Below, piece after piece: positions 26,601 through 36,950 of a DNA stretch of 64,000 bases; the first letter of the stretch is position 1; each line of letters starts with the position of its first letter. Origin of the DNA: Phoronis australis. Lineage: Eukaryota > Animalia > Phoronida. The DNA lies in NCBI GenBank assembly GCA_002633005.1, contig NMRA01000044.1:1162283-1226282 (forward strand). Reading direction: 5' to 3'. The notes beneath the pieces are model-generated. The model searched no databases, had not been told where the DNA came from, and was given only the letters and a program-made list of their open reading frames with translations. The position numbers and the translations under genes were made by a program.

Positions 26601-29600
26601 AACAACCACAGGCATCTTGTCCGCTATTGAATTTTTGATTTGTTTTGTTTTCATGAATATAGAACTATATGCCTGACGTCGGAATTAGTTCAGGAAAATC
26701 GCCTTTTTCAATCCCAAAGGATTCTGAATCCTCGCGTGACTGCTAAGGCTCGGACCAACGAGACCTCGTCGACCCCTGGGGCTTATGACACACACTCACT
26801 GCACTGATAATTTAATGCAAGGTCGAACTTAAATGGATTCATAACGGAGTAATGGGTGCAAAAGTGAGATTTTGTACAGCTCTGATGTGATTATATTCGA
26901 CCAGCTGCTTGCGTCTGCACAAGAGCACGATACTAACCTGTGCCACGTAATTCTGATATTTTCGCCGAATCATTGGACATTCTGAAGTTAGTGCCGAGGC
27001 ACGATCTCTGTTTCACTTTAGCAAAAAATGTAATATAAAAACGAATCGTTACGCATACCAAATTAAACAACTGGACACGTTTTCGAAATAGTTCAGAGCA
27101 ATACCGAATTTTTGGAAAATAAACAAACTTAAATTATCAAGTTATCTGTTTAATATTTTTTAGTTTTAGCGGTCTGCTAGAAATAAGAATTCATCGACAA
27201 AATAGTCAATGTTCACATGGAAGTGAAACATTTCAAAATAAGGATTTTACAAACGCAAATACACAAGGGCATTGGTATTCCCCAATTTTGGTTCTAAAAT
27301 ACTATACTTACGTTTGAGTGAGGAAAGATATTTTGCCTTCAAAATGATAAAAACGGGACAGGCACTGTTCTTTGAAAAAACGCCGTATTGAAACTGACAC
27401 ATTTATAAATATATATATGAAATTAAAATGTCATACATATTTATATATGTGTGGAGGACTGCGTCGATGTACGAACGGAACAACCTTGTCCATATGTGGC
27501 GATAAGCGAGCCACAACACCACACTGTTTATATCTACTTGGACTATTTACCAACACAGCAACAACACCGATCGCCCATCCAACTGGGCAAATTAATGTTA
27601 CCACTCTCCGGTAGGTCTGCTCACGCCGCCTATCCCAAACCAGCGTTCCCAGTGTTGTTACCGCCCAGTTGGTGGTTGTGTACCCAGGTGGCAGCGTATA
27701 TTATAGTTCAGCTCAATTGCTGGTACTTCACGTCAATCGCAAACGCAAACGGCAAAATGTTTCATCTCGGCAAAGTCAGCCGCCCAAGTGTCTTTTGGGA
27801 AAAGGAACGATGATTTTGAAAATACCTGTTTTATGATTGCGTTAGACCATCAGACCTGAAATAGATAGGGCTTCATTGGGTTCCGGAGAGCGTTCCGTGG
27901 ACCTAGTTTCTTGCAAATACTTTGCAGAATCCCGGATGTGAAAAACGAGTGTTTCGCGAGAAGTTAGAGAGCTTTCTGGCCTATCCTAGCAAAATGGCTG
28001 CCACTGAAGTGATTGGTCGGCAAGGCTTTAGTGTTGAATTGTTGGCTTGAATTCACCGTTTCCGTTTTTTTGCGTCAAGTGCTAGCTGATGTATTGCGAT
28101 CTGTGGAATACACGCCTGGCCTAAGTGTTTCCATGAAACATTAGACACGAAATGTAAATATTGTTCTCTGTTGGAACACGAAGCAACACCATAGAATGTG
28201 ACCAAACAACCAGACCACCGTGACATATAGTCACGTGAACCTTCCTGTAAACGCAAATTCTAGAGAAGACTTAGATTCGTGCGTATTTAGGCCATGCGGG
28301 CCCCTCATTTTCAAAATTAGGCGCATGCTTGTCTAAATATGAAGCACTTGAATAATAACAATAATAAAATAGGAAAGCAAACTTTGTGTGAGTGTTGCTT
28401 GACTAATTACAAAACGGTTAGCGTTACTTCAGTTTTCAATGGGCGTGTACTGCCTTCGTCGGCTTTTGTGGCGCTTTTGATCTCTAATTGTCTTCCCAGT
28501 CTACATCAAATACTTGTGTAAATTTCCTGTATATATAATTTGTTTCTATATGTAGTTATGTTTTGTCTCATTTATAGTCATAACATGTAGCCCTTTATCG
28601 CCCACGTGCGCTTTGTTTTCATATCTGGGAACGTAGCTTGGTTGACCCACCTGGGCTCCGTTTTCCAATCACAGGAGAATCCGTCGAGCATAAAACAATT
28701 CAAATAAGAAGTACTGCCGGTAAGTATAGACAAATTAAAGATACACTGAAAGACAATTTAAGTGTCATTTCATAAGAGCTTCAAAAGGTAAGAAGGCAGA
28801 TCTATCGCCTGATTAGCATCCGGGTTTACAAGTGAAGTTTAGCAAGTGGCAGATCAGACATCTGATGTGCTTTCTGACGGTACGGCGTGTGAACCGCGTG
28901 TGTGAAATAATTGGCAATTCTTGTTTATTTGCTAGTGTTCACCGGGCGCCTGTATACCAACGCTCCCGTAAGGATTTTAGCTATTATCAGGTGCCCAAAT
29001 ACAGACATCATACTTGGAAAGCGCATTTTGTGTGTTAAAGAAGATCTTTTCTGTTAAACTCCTAAACATAACAACTCCATATACCCAATTAAAAAATATT
29101 ACTACTGATAACACGAACTAATATTCTATCCGCATTTCCTTAATAGACACGCGGTTCCAGAACGTTTTTATTAAGTAAGAACTAGCCTTCTAGTAGCGAT
29201 GTTATTTCGGAGAATAAGTTGCTCCGACTGACCTCAGCTGCTGACTGAATGGTTTCTACACCACTACTATGGACACTGCAAAGGCGTGATGCAGCCGCTA
29301 GTCTGACACCTGTTGCTTAGTTACCCACTCCTGTCGTTTTGTCAACTTTTCTTTCGCTACGTCCACGACTGAGCATTTCATTCCTAACTTCTTTTCTCCA
29401 AATCGAGCATTACAGCACTTTTTCCAAAAAGAATTTGTGCCTGCTTCAGAGACCAGCACAAGACAGTTGCCATTGTCTCACCTGCTACATATTGTTGTGT
29501 GCCGTTAGATGGCAGCCATGACGGAAGTTAGCGTATCTGTCATTCAGACAAGACGTTCTTCCTCACTCACGAATCGCAACTGTGTTCTGATTCACAGGAT

Positions 29601-32600
29601 CCTTCTTCCACAAATGAGAATTTTGGCAAGCTGTCATTCTTATTTCATATGCAAGAATTTTATTCTCACGAATACAATTCCTTTCTCATGAACCGTATAC
29701 CTTTCCAGTTCTAGTATAGGTTATAAGCAGATTTGATTTGTGCGAGCAGGAAAGCGCGCGTTACACTGTTTCAAGCACGTGCAACTCGTGCCTCTTGTCA
29801 GCCGTGAAAAGAAGTAGGGTCATGAGAAAAGAATCGAGTTCTGGGAATAGGATTGAGGTTGACGAGAAAATAGCTGCAGTTCTCAAGAAGATAACTGTGT
29901 TAAAGAGAAAGGTACGCTTTTAATGAGAACAACCGGTGCGCGGAACGTGCAGGACGATTGTTAGGCCATAATCCAATCAACTCTAGGAAGCCTAGAAAAT
30001 CATTTCTCGGGGCAATATAATTTTGGTGGTTTTGGTGTCATTAAGTGGAACAATTTAAGAATCTAAAAAGTTCCCAAGGTTTGGCTTGCACATTTTCGAG
30101 AAATTTGACATTTTGCAAAATTTGGCACAGCAATTTGGTACAGAAAATCATTATTTAAAAACCAACAACACTGCGCAAATACTAAATGATGATTTGATTT
30201 GCATTTGTTCATTGGAAGTTACTAGACAAAATAAGATGAAAAAAGTGTTAAAAATAAAAATAAATATTTACCAGCGCCTCTTGTTCGCCGAAAACGCACT
30301 ACTGTGTTGTGATCTCGTATCAAAAGAACAATATTTTTGGGACTTGATAAAGATTTGATATCTAAATCAAATTGTGAAAAACCTAACATTTCCCGTGCTT
30401 CTTCACTGAATTAACCATCATTAAATGACTTTTGAACATCTGGAAAAGGATTTGATCCAAAGTTCCCGTTGCCCCCTGAAATAACCACGGACGAGAAAGA
30501 TATGAGGACTGGGACTATAGCAAATGCCTACCTTGGAATTGTCGTGCAATAAAACACAGCTTCATGTAGCGTCAAACATTCGATTCAGCGGAATTTCTCA
30601 CATATCAGCGCAAAATTACATTCAAATAATGTACAAATCCGAAACCTCAATTAAAAATCAAATGCTTCATTCCTATTGGCCTTGAAATTGTTTCCACGGG
30701 CGTTGAATGTTTTGGTGCACTGACCACAGGCAAACGTATCATTAGCGGTAGCTGCGTTTCTTGCTAGGGGGATTGTGACTGAAGGTTAGCCGAGAGACCT
30801 CATAGGGTGAAATGGAGTTTGGAAATGCCAGACAACATCGCGGTCTCTAAACATTGTTTATTCTTTTTGCTTGGAACCGTTTTAAGAGTAGTAAAGTTGT
30901 TAAAAGCATTGGTTGAACTGTAAAAAACAATATTGGGATGGTTTTCTCAGCAAAACCGATAAGTGTGTATTGACGTCAATTTTCTCCCTGTGATATTTGT
31001 AACTGTGGTTGTCTTAACTTACCTCTGCGTGCAATGTTTTTGATTTATGTAACACTCCCTAATAACAATATCTCTTTTCTTGTATCCAATGTACCCGTTT
31101 CAATATTAGAAAAATGTTTTCCTTGTGCAAAAATGTCATTTTAAATTTCCGTCGTGAATACTTAAAAGAAAATAGGACAAAACCTGAAGCGTCAGTAGGT
31201 GCAAAATTGGTGATTTTCATCAGAACCACACCATTATCAGTATCACACACACATACAAAGTTTGAGATGAATCTGAACTATGGTCTCCAGAGTGATTTTT
31301 CTATTTCTTTTAATTTTCTTGTGTAATGGATCTTAAGACATGCGCGCTTAAACAAAAGACACCCGCCTGCGCATAGAAGTGGCGATTTGGCGAATGCGCT
31401 TAGTCTGTGAATCATTCGAGAAAAAAGAAAAAGCGCATTAGTTCGGATATAGCCAGATGGGCATAAACACCGCGTGCGTATACGAATGCGGCAGAATTTA
31501 TTATTGATTTTATTCAATTAATACCCTTATCCAACAACTTAATAAATTCACCATCTAATTAATGGCGAGGAAGTGAGGGTACTTCCATGGAAGGTGTATA
31601 CGGGATATGCCACTTAGATAAGTGACGTTTTCAGATCAAGTTGTTTCCGAGTGCCCACCAAAGGGTGTCTTTTCCGACAAAACATGGTACAAAAGTTCAC
31701 TATGAGAGTTCTAAACAGTATACATGTGGAAGGTGACATTTTGAAAGCTTTTGTTGCAAAAGACGCACTCATGTTTGACAATATTATATCTCAGTCATCC
31801 GATAACATGTTGGAAAATCCAGCTCTCCAAGAATCCCTATGAAGGGTTAGATTTTTGGAATTAATCCCCGCAAAAGGGATGTGGCTCTGGAGCAAAGCTC
31901 TACCGATTAAGAAAGGGTGAAATTTTCATAGGAACTCCCCACAAATGGGTCCAATTCTTTCGAGACCACTCTTTAAACGAGTGGGTGTCCTAATTTTCAA
32001 GGTGAAAGGCACCTCTTCAAAATATAGGGGAGAACTACCCTCCGGATTTTCTTGTATACAAATAGTTCATGTACATGTTTAACGTGAGTGTAGTAAGCAG
32101 CACACGATGATAATTAAAGACATATGTTAAAACTATAATAGTATTAGGTAATTATCGCTAATATAGTGCTAACAGGCACTTTCAATGCCTGAGTGATTTT
32201 GTAGTCGAGTAACTAATCGTTATTTATCCTGAGCGCTGCATTTTCGTGACGTCTCGTTTACTGGATGTTTGTCCTATAGAGGGTAAATAATCTTCGTTAC
32301 TCGCGCACCCCAAGGGCGTTCTCATTATCAGGATTTTTTCTCATAAACACACTTTTTGTCACGAGTTGCAGTTCTTTTCTCATTCGTCGAAATTCTGTTG
32401 TCACCAATAAAATTCTGTAATCACATGTCCCATGTGTTGCAGTGTATGGCTATAGCAGTGTACGGATGGATTGATACAATATACTAGGCACGTGCTACCT
32501 AATGTAAACGTAAGTAACCCATGCCTAACAGACGTGAAAATAAAGACGGTTTGTAAGAAAAGAGATGACCTGGTAGAGCCGGACTGCGTTTTAATGAGAA

Positions 32601-35408
32601 AGGCATGCCGTTAATGAAAATTCACGCGCGGAACGCAAGAAGCGAAGATTATGTACCCTGCTATTGACAACTCGAAGGATCGTGGGAGTACAAGTTTGTA
32701 AAAGTCACGAAAAGATAGTTTGAAATCAAGCGAAAGTAAAACTTCGATGTACAGACGCTGATAACAATTCTGAGACCAGTGTAATGCTTTCGAACAGGGA
32801 ACGTGATGTAGTTAGGATATTTATCTTTTCGTCGATGCATATATTTTCTTTATTTCTCACTGAAAATACTGAACGCGTTCCCTTATAGATCAACTTTTAC
32901 ACCGTAATTAATACATGAAATAAGATAAATTTCTAATCCAATGTCTATGCCATGAGCGCACTTAAAGACATGAATGTGATATCCTCAACTGCATCGACAT
33001 TAGCACAATGACAAAGAATAAAAACCCATAATGTTCTGGATGACACTGGGGAAAGGGCAAGTATGCATGTTCAATAAGCTTTGATTGCTACGAATTTAGT
33101 TGCAGAAAATTAGATTTCATTGATGCACATCAGCTTGTCTCCTTCAATTTTCAATCCGTCATTTAATAAAATCACTCACACTGCCGGGGTCAACGAATGT
33201 GGCCGTTTGGTGGGCCACTAAACACGCTAGTGTCGCGCCCCCTCCAGAACAACTTCAAAATAGTCGAAGAGGCGAAGGAGAAAATATAGATGGAATAACT
33301 TGCATGCTACCCAAAATAGACCCAATATATCACGTGCGGCTATGCCCCCCACCCCAGTCACCTATGGTGTGCCGCCCATGTATATGAAGAGTTATAACCA
33401 TGAACTCCCCCACTGAGCTTTGCGAGTCCGCGAAATTGGCCAGCCTCCCGTTCAGTAACGCTAGGACCTCGCTAAAATGCAAGACTTCGCGAGATTACGT
33501 GATATATTGCCGTGCGTTTTAAATAAGAGCACGAGACTTTGGCTAGGCTTTAGCTAGGTCCTAGCGTAGGTCCTAGCCGTTACTGAACGCACGCCTGTAT
33601 TGCGATCGTCGTATAGCTTAACCAATCACGTGAACTGACGGATCTCGGTTGTCGTAACACGAAACCCAACCACAATATTTCGAATGGTAACGCCGGCGTA
33701 CGCCTTATAATGGTCGCTTTAGTCGTGGCTGTAGGAGGGGCAGCGTGTGCCAGTTAACCGGAGTAGAATCATACTTGAATTAGAAACTGCAAAACATGAT
33801 TTCTTTGTTATAATCAGCTTTTAATTTATCTCAGATATCTCAAAGTAGTATCTCAAATTAACGTGAAGCTCTCCTGAGTGTTGCCGCCCTAATTTTTAAT
33901 GTTGCTCTTGTCTTGCAATGTTCCGTCCGGTTTGAATAAATGATTTTGCTCTTGAAATTCTAAACTGGAATTTATTAACACGTAGGATAAAATTGGGATC
34001 TCGTTTTGCCAGAGATGACCCTGGTACGGCTGGAAAACATTTCCCATGTGCCGGTAAGTCGCACTGCATTGTTTATACGGCCTTTGTCGGTTCTCGAATT
34101 GAAATAAGACGATCTTCAATTTGACATAGTTTAGGCACCTAAGATTGTAAAAAAAATCAACGAATCTGTTCCTTAAGGAGACATGGAACGCGAAAGTTCG
34201 TCAAAAATATATTTTAAATAATTCCTGATGAAAGAACCATCTCGCAAAGTCTAGTACAGAGTTATTCACTTTCCCCTGTGAGGAAATTTCCAGAAAAAAA
34301 TCACAAACTTCATGATTTTGAAATACGCGAGAAGGAAAATCTCTGTGGTAACCATAGAGTTTATCTCACTCCCATTTATGATAAATTTGCACATACGCTC
34401 AAAGTCAGTTGCTTGGAGTCGCTTGAGGTCAAAGGTCGCATTTCCATATAGGGAAAATATGCTACGCCTGTCTTGCCATACCAAATAAGGAAACGTGGGA
34501 GAAAAATCGACGAGGTCGCGGACAGCTGACAGATCGTTTTAATATTTGAAACTCAAAAGAAAATGCTTTGATATCAACAGAAATTGGGAACTTACTAACA
34601 TACATTGGATTGTTGAAAAGAACTCACTGTTTCCGCTCCACATGCCCAGATTTCTCACCACAAATGTCACGCGAATGTCTTGCATCTACGGAACGCGCAA
34701 ATGTATTTACATGTCGAAAATAACTGAACATTAGTCTACGATTCAGACGGACATGATCAAAGATCTTTCGACAGACATTTTTAATAACAACACCATTATA
34801 TCTTTGATAATGGCATCCCTGATATTCAAATCATTAACAACATTTGTCGCCCATATCAGCAGTCATTTGGAGACCACATGTGAATTTACAGTTCAAGCAA
34901 GAATGCTAATTAGTTATCATAAACGTTCTCGGCATTTAATTAGCCTGATTATAAAATAGAAATGTTACATTCCGATTACACAATTCATGAAGATTTGTTG
35001 GTATAACAATATGTTTTTATTATTTTTGTAAACACTACGATGTACCGGCCTCAGTCATCATCAGTCGTTCATGTTCCTGCGGCAGTTTGAATGGATATTT
35101 AGTCAACACAAAACTCCTTAATAGGAGGCGATTGCCATTAAAAAGAAAACACAAGATACGACGACAGAACATCGCTTTCAAACATTTGGTAATTCGTATC
35201 CCTGAAAACATATCCCCGTCGGGTATCCCGGTCATTCAGGTTACGTTCCCCACTTCTGGAGTATCGGGTGACAAGCATCAAAGTGAGGTTACTTGGTTGA
35301 TGGATGATTATCGCAAACTACTGACCTGGATTGCCAGCTGTATATGTAACCTTCCGTCTCTTCACAAAACAGACATATGTAGTCTCCTATACACAGGAAG
35401 TCTCCCAT
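4105..35408 (-). CDS. ITPR: Divergent IP3 receptor-like Ca2+ release channel, N-terminal ~652 aa (spliced, 16 exons; 3' part outside the window)
   Basis: Manual exon join is open throughout, with canonical AG/GT and matching phases: MGDFLCIGDYICLFCEETEGY...KKVRYGEIIQLKHLFTGKFV...FRILPRYKVKSEGEY...GGSIVRMFHK...IRWEQQVRLRHMVTRQYL...RQKLLRNL...NSRKNALY...LIRDNRKIV...FLELLSVMCVCNGIAIPDNQ. These match in order the IP3R suppressor, MIR and RIH motifs (e.g. YGxxIQLxH, GGDVVRLFH, RQKLMRE, YRKNQEY, NNRKLL, FLDYLSDLCV). Confidence 0.93.
4631..4756 (-). CDS. ITPR: ITPR-like coding exon 15 (EGDIGLNVAHMLVELIRDNRKIVDRLQRHHIDEMVQLLKERK)
   Basis: ttttaccatcag acceptor, GTGAGC donor, 126 nt. Confidence 0.92.
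5863..6132 (-). CDS. ITPR: ITPR-like coding exon 14 (ALKELSDF...RQKLLRNL...NSRKNALYFAKYIDFFSTTQIRQK)
   Basis: tgcttcag acceptor, GTAATT donor, 270 nt; IP3-binding-core alpha domain / RIH. Confidence 0.95.
6318..6368 (-). CDS. ITPR: ITPR-like coding exon 13 (RDEGRYLNAIKTHTVEK)
   Basis: ttttgatttcag acceptor, GTAACG donor, 51 nt, phase 0, after a 119-nt intron. Confidence 0.8.
6488..6613 (-). CDS. ITPR: ITPR-like coding exon 12 (LTFTEDKRYVDVFTIQDVEQTSIQDFNYVAGMVPFIFTLISD)
   Basis: ctgtcatctag acceptor, GTAAGT donor, 126 nt; resembles IP3R EAFAIVxV...DLDFA. Confidence 0.88.
7005..7096 (-). CDS. ITPR: ITPR-like coding exon 11 (DVEYERSGTRGDSGEVKSFDTLKWDGAPLRK)
   Basis: tatttttag acceptor, GTGTGT donor, 92 nt, phase 1 to 0; needed to restore the frame. 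Confidence 0.82.
7563..7832 (-). CDS. ITPR: ITPR-like coding exon 10 (GDVIRWEQQVRLRHMVTRQYL...YARIEHVLTGYWFHGLK)
   Basis: atttccag acceptor, GTAAGT donor, 270 nt; two MIR repeats. Confidence 0.94.
8586..8693 (-). CDS. ITPR: ITPR-like coding exon 9 (VHLRVREINFARPKSMSPPTTAINYWQIEAEESILN)
   Basis: ttctctgcag acceptor, GTGAGT donor, 108 nt, phase 1 to 1; aligns to IP3R VFLRTTGR...LWEVE. Confidence 0.9.
8835..9438. mobile_element. Partial copy of the 14702-15140 MITE, interrupted by the Kolobok fragment
   Basis: Shares gttgcatgaaaagatc...tcaaagt..ttgactt and aaatacgcagtaga...tttgggactgtttcatgcaaccggaca with the 14.9-15.1 kb sequence. Confidence 0.75.
8985..9333. mobile_element. Terminal fragment of the same Kolobok family (inverted copy of ~50543-50886)
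   Basis: ~340 bp closely similar in reverse complement; ends GGGTGGCATTTTCCA followed by TTAA (9334-9337). Confidence 0.85.
10000..10087 (-). CDS. ITPR: ITPR-like coding exon 8 (GGSIVRMFHKDLEAFLAAEGLFEDEITED)
   Basis: gttttgaag acceptor, GTAAGC donor, 88 nt; matches MIR motif GGDVVRLFH. Confidence 0.92.
10280..10403. mobile_element. Short foldback MITE (CACTTGATTGACTT termini)
   Basis: cacttgattgacttcgtcggttccgcc vs ggcagaaccggcgaagtcaatcaagtg; related termini at 16004-16202. Confidence 0.65.
10865..10958 (-). CDS. ITPR: ITPR-like coding exon 7 (SELNLGVAMTGFTIVKNTRVPKDEDIQATLR)
   Basis: gtttcag acceptor, GTAAGA donor, 94 nt, phase 2 to 0. Confidence 0.85.
11472..11569 (-). CDS. ITPR: ITPR-like coding exon 6 (VQYFDQIILESYKSPGHYFHSSVPWNISGHHI)
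   Basis: ccatacag acceptor, GTGAGT donor, 98 nt, phase 0 to 2. Confidence 0.88.
12018..12083 (-). mobile_element. tRNA-derived SINE head or tRNA pseudogene
   Basis: Minus strand reads TAGCTCAGTCAGTAGAGCG (A box/D arm) ... GTTCGATTCC (B box/T loop); the acceptor stem does not pair properly. Confidence 0.6.
12306..14664. mobile_element. 2.36-kb non-coding TIR DNA transposon with 10 internal TGTAGTGTACGTACCCC motifs
   Basis: 30-bp TIRs CGGCTAAATCACAATCAAGGTCCATATTCG / CGAATATGGACCTTGATTGTGATTTGCCCG, AAA on both flanks, and an internal ~330-bp tandem duplication. Confidence 0.82.
14702..15140. mobile_element. MITE with ~33-bp TIRs (CAGTGGCCGGTTGCATGAAAC...)
   Basis: TIRs at 14702-14735 and 15106-15140; a second partial copy lies at ~8835-8960 plus 9375-9438. 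Confidence 0.8.
15532..15690 (-). CDS. ITPR: ITPR-like coding exon 5 (LKHLFTGKFV...FRILPRYKVKSEGEY)
   Basis: tttgttacag acceptor, GTAGGT donor, 159 nt; suppressor-domain motif. Confidence 0.93.
15809..15890. mobile_element. PIF/Harbinger-like MITE end
   Basis: gccctgtccacacgg...gaaaacgca...ccgtccatacg, a typical Harbinger-MITE terminus; partner end not found. Confidence 0.45.
16004..16202. mobile_element. Foldback MITE related to 10280-10403
   Basis: ctgcacttgattgcactttg...ggttaacc arm is mirrored by ggttaacc...caaagtcaaccaagtgcag. Confidence 0.62.
16227..16835. mobile_element. MITE with ~70-bp GC-rich inverted arms
   Basis: ctcgctggttccctgcgtgc...ccagcacgcaggtatcac is mirrored at 16763-16812. 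Confidence 0.65.
20543..20629 (-). CDS. ITPR: ITPR-like coding exon 4 (AAARAEDQDNVAEQKRQHGKKVRYGEIIQ)
   Basis: ttccag acceptor, GTAAAA donor, 87 nt, phase 0; matches the IP3R pattern AAxxExxxNxxExxKxxGxxxxYGxxIQ. Confidence 0.92.
21417..21541 (-). CDS. ITPR: ITPR-like coding exon 3 (IIFQVCIQNRYKLNKNCRKCVSACDKDSENVELKAQLSQAR)
   Basis: tctttgcag acceptor, GTAGGG donor, 125 nt; resembles IP3R CLFKLCPMNRY plus the arm helix. Confidence 0.87.
21917..22211. mobile_element. Foldback MITE with ~70-bp inverted arms
   Basis: gttcagtaatgctagggtctcgctaaaaagcaagacttcgcgagattacg... and its reverse complement at 22135-22202; second copy at 33441-33589. Confidence 0.8.
22644..22720. repeat. 77-bp near-perfect palindrome/hairpin
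   Basis: ggcattagtcggatatagcggtcccagattttgaaa-ctgtt-tttcaaaatcagggaccgctataaccgactagtgcc. Confidence 0.85.
23451..23524 (-). CDS. ITPR: ITPR-like coding exon 2 (STHNGLYIFQGQDRKRPERVPNPH)
   Basis: ttttttgcag acceptor, GTGAGT donor, 74 nt, phase 2 to 1, fits both neighbours. Confidence 0.85.
23624..23720. repeat. (GTT)n then (GTTCTT)n microsatellite
   Basis: Directly visible. Confidence 0.97.
24050..24610 (-). mobile_element. Degenerate L2/CR1-group LINE ORF2 3' end
   Basis: PIKFRTRFKILRVAHRCLHGVASDYL resembles LPIxxRIxFKILxxxYKxLxGxAPxYL. It continues past the MITE as DPLLRNHL...SSYISFRTNTKETLF (cf. PxLWNxLP...SFKxxLKTxLF). Confidence 0.75.
24149..24408. mobile_element. MITE with 5-bp TSD (hAT5-like), inserted into an L2-like LINE
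   Basis: TIRs CATGCGCGCACCCAG / CTGGGTGCACGCATA, CAGAA on both flanks. Confidence 0.75.
33441..33589. mobile_element. Second copy of the 21917-22211 MITE family
   Basis: cagcctcccgttcagtaacgctaggacctcgctaaaatgcaagacttcgcgagattacg is near-identical to the arm at ~22140-22211 (reverse complement). Confidence 0.78.
35326..35408 (-). CDS. ITPR: ITPR-like coding exon 1 (MGDFLCIGDYICLFCEETEGYIYSWQS-S)
   Basis: ATG at 35408; resembles the IP3R start FLHIGDICSLY. Donor GTCAGT, phase 2. An acceptor (ctattgtag) lies 8 nt upstream (exon starts 35416), so an earlier exon probably exists. Confidence 0.88.
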
Positions 35409-35576
35409 ACTTTTTCCTACAATAGATAATCATATCGTACACGACCGTTGCTTCTTTTATTCCTGGGAAGCGAATTCATGGCAGGACATATGGCAAACAT
35501 AAACAAACAATCATGAGTTGTACGTGTATACTATTTGGGCTGTTGCAACGTGTTGCGATATATTGTGACAGACTAA

Positions 35577-35832
35577 GATTGCACTGTAGATTGATCAACG
35601 GAAGTTTATACGTTTCTACAAGATGAGGACTACCATCAGGTAGCACACGTAACATTTTTTCTAGGTTTCAGTGCGGGTAAATTACACACAAGGTTTTGCA
35701 TAATGTCCCAGTCTCCGACTGCACTGCAGACTGGTCAATGAGAGTCAATACACTTTTGCAAGATGAAGTCTACCACGAGATAGCACACGCAACTTTGTCC
35801 AGGTTTCACTGCGGGTAAATTACGCACAAGGT
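35577..35832. repeat. Two-unit ~140-bp diverged tandem duplication just upstream of the ATG exon
   Basis: gcactg..gatcaa...aagatga..ctacca...tagcacacg...aggtttca.tgcgggtaaattac.cacaagg occurs twice (35577-35695, 35718-35832). Confidence 0.8.
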
Positions 35833-36046
35833 CCAAGATACTGACCGTCGGTAGTTCACTTCCTGACCTTCGCTTTTTTTTCGTAAATAGCTTTTTATAG
35901 TTCCAAATGGACTGCAGCTATAGGTAACTGAGTGCAGTCGAATTAACCGAATAAATACTTCTTGTCATGACGGGTTAATCGTTTGCAGAACCTACACTAA
36001 TGTTTTGACAGATTTGTAGGATTGAAGATACTAGTTAATGACTTCA

Positions 36047-36186
36047 GGGAGAAAGAAAGAGAGATAAGATACGAGAGAGGGGAAGGGAGGGAGAGAGAGA
36101 GAGGGAGAGAAGGGGGGACGGGGAGGGAAAGACGGATGGAGAGGACGGGAGAAAGAGAGATGTAGAGGGGGAGGAAGGGGAGAGAA
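36047..36186. repeat. Polypurine (GA/GGA-rich) tract
   Basis: ~140 nt almost purely A/G on the + strand. Confidence 0.9.
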
Positions 36187-36625
36187 TACAAATATTGTCA
36201 TATAATGCAAGCCAGAGATCTCCAAAGGCAACTGCTGCTTCACCACCTTATATAGAGTTAACCATACACATGATATGCAATAGAAAATAAAATAGAAGTA
36301 AATAATTATTATGAATTATTCATTCATTAAACAGTTGCGGGTAGACTGACATAGGACATCCGTGGCTACCTCAATAAATATAACAACCAAGAGCACATCA
36401 GTTTGTTATAAAGTAGGATTACGGCCTTAACCCTCCCCAGAACTGCGCTATCAAGAGATAAACATGTAAGACAAACCAACTACTTGAGTTATTGACTATC
36501 TCATTGAGACACTTGTTTTACAATAGTTTTAACGAAAAGTCAATACTGGTTGATATAATTTCAGCCAATTAAACATTTTAATTGGTTTATCATCGAAGAT
36601 AAATTAGACGTAGTTGAAAACAGTG

Positions 36626-36950
36626 TAAGGTTTTGTAGGACCCTGGAAAAATCCACCCTGGACAAACTTCGGATCATCATGTCTCAGATATGGCTGATCG
36701 GGTTTATATGAAACTTTTAAGTATCATGTTTTACGTACTGTTCTCAACAACGCTGTCATGAATTATTTTCCTAAAATAATTTTCCATTTCGGCATGAGGG
36801 GCTATCAAAGTAGAGGACTTTTAACATTTTCACAAAAATTCTAAAGTTGCATAAAACGAAAGCGAATTGGTTTCTTAGACAATTGTAGCAGCGTTTTTGA
36901 AATCTCATCTTGGACATTTATGACAAACAAAATTTGATCATGTTCTTGAC
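36626..36950 (+). repeat. Dispersed repeat (copy A; AGG-start, Kolobok-like end)
   Basis: taaggttttgtaggaccctgg...tcagatatggctg...aatttgatcatgtt is similar to 46272-46565. Confidence 0.6.

Noticed and set aside
4105-35408. Ryanodine receptor assignment
   Set aside because: The suppressor-domain helical arm and the RQK..R and RKN motifs are more IP3R-like. The RyR-specific SPRY region would lie outside the recovered exons, so it cannot be tested here; a phylogeny is needed.
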